Source: Thermoleophilia bacterium
GTDB lineage: Bacteria > Actinomycetota > Thermoleophilia > RBG-16-64-13
NCBI GenBank assembly: GCA_040768135.1
Contig: JAXGNF010000007.1
Location: 1 to 57,746 of the forward strand
DNA length: 57,746 bases
Direction: 5' to 3'
Positions 57,558 to 57,746 of the stretch are shown here, one piece after another. Under the pieces are notes generated by a model, which was given only the letters and a program-made list of their open reading frames with translations, was not told the origin of the DNA and ran no database searches. The first letter of the stretch is position 1; the number at the start of each line of letters is the position of its first letter. The position numbers and the translations under genes are program-made.

Positions 57558-57746
57558 CGACACCCCTCCTCGTCTTGGATGAGCTGTGGACCGTCCGGGC
57601 ATTCAACTTCGGGACAGGCGGCTTCTTCTCTACCCCCAAGGGGCTCGAGTCGATCGCTCAGACGGGCGGTGTAGCCGCGCAGGAAGGCCGCGGCCGTCAT
57701 CTTTCTCTTGCCTGTGGGCTGGACTAGCAAGACCTCCAAGACCCCC
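57554..57746 (-). CDS. fmt: Methionyl-tRNA formyltransferase, C-terminal fragment (runs off the window)
   Basis: VQP.GKRKM.AAAFLRG C-terminal motif; fmt-rpe order. Confidence 0.7.
   Translation of the reverse strand, partial: GVLEVLLVQPTGKRKMTAAAFLRGYTARLSDRLEPLGGREEAACPEVECPDGPQLIQDEEGCR

Overview
57.7 kb of GC-rich chromosome, probably from a deep-branching, likely anaerobic actinobacterium (Thermoleophilia/Rubrobacteria-like, inferred from the single-motif RsiG, the gcvH-FHA-MerR cluster and a rubredoxin). The window appears to straddle the replication terminus. There is a dif site at 7200-7227; most genes to its left are on +, and all genes to its right except rpmB are on -. Most of the content is housekeeping: rib operon with FMN riboswitch, recG, coaD, ruvCAB, que/tgt, yajC-secDF, recJ, rel, hisS, aspS, 6S RNA, mnmA, alaS, mltG and aroE. 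The strongest multi-part signal is a putative c-di-GMP-controlled surface-motility circuit. It comprises pilB (with a MshEN c-di-GMP domain)-pilT-pilC, a Myxococcus-type mglB-mglA GTPase pair whose P-loop carries an unusual CxxC, and a single-motif RsiG-like anti-sigma factor. A sigma28/WhiG-like -10 box (CCGATAA-type) lies upstream of mglB, pilT, pilC and aroE-pilB. Other items worth checking: a tRNA-Pro 3' fragment (att site) at the left edge; a probably GTPase-dead EF-G2 coupled to a rubredoxin missed by the ORF track; a possible Sm/Hfq-like small protein; an element resembling half a cobalamin riboswitch upstream of 6S; and two degenerate tandem-repeat arrays at gene junctions. All calls come from reading the sequence and recalled family motifs. 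No database searches or computations were run.
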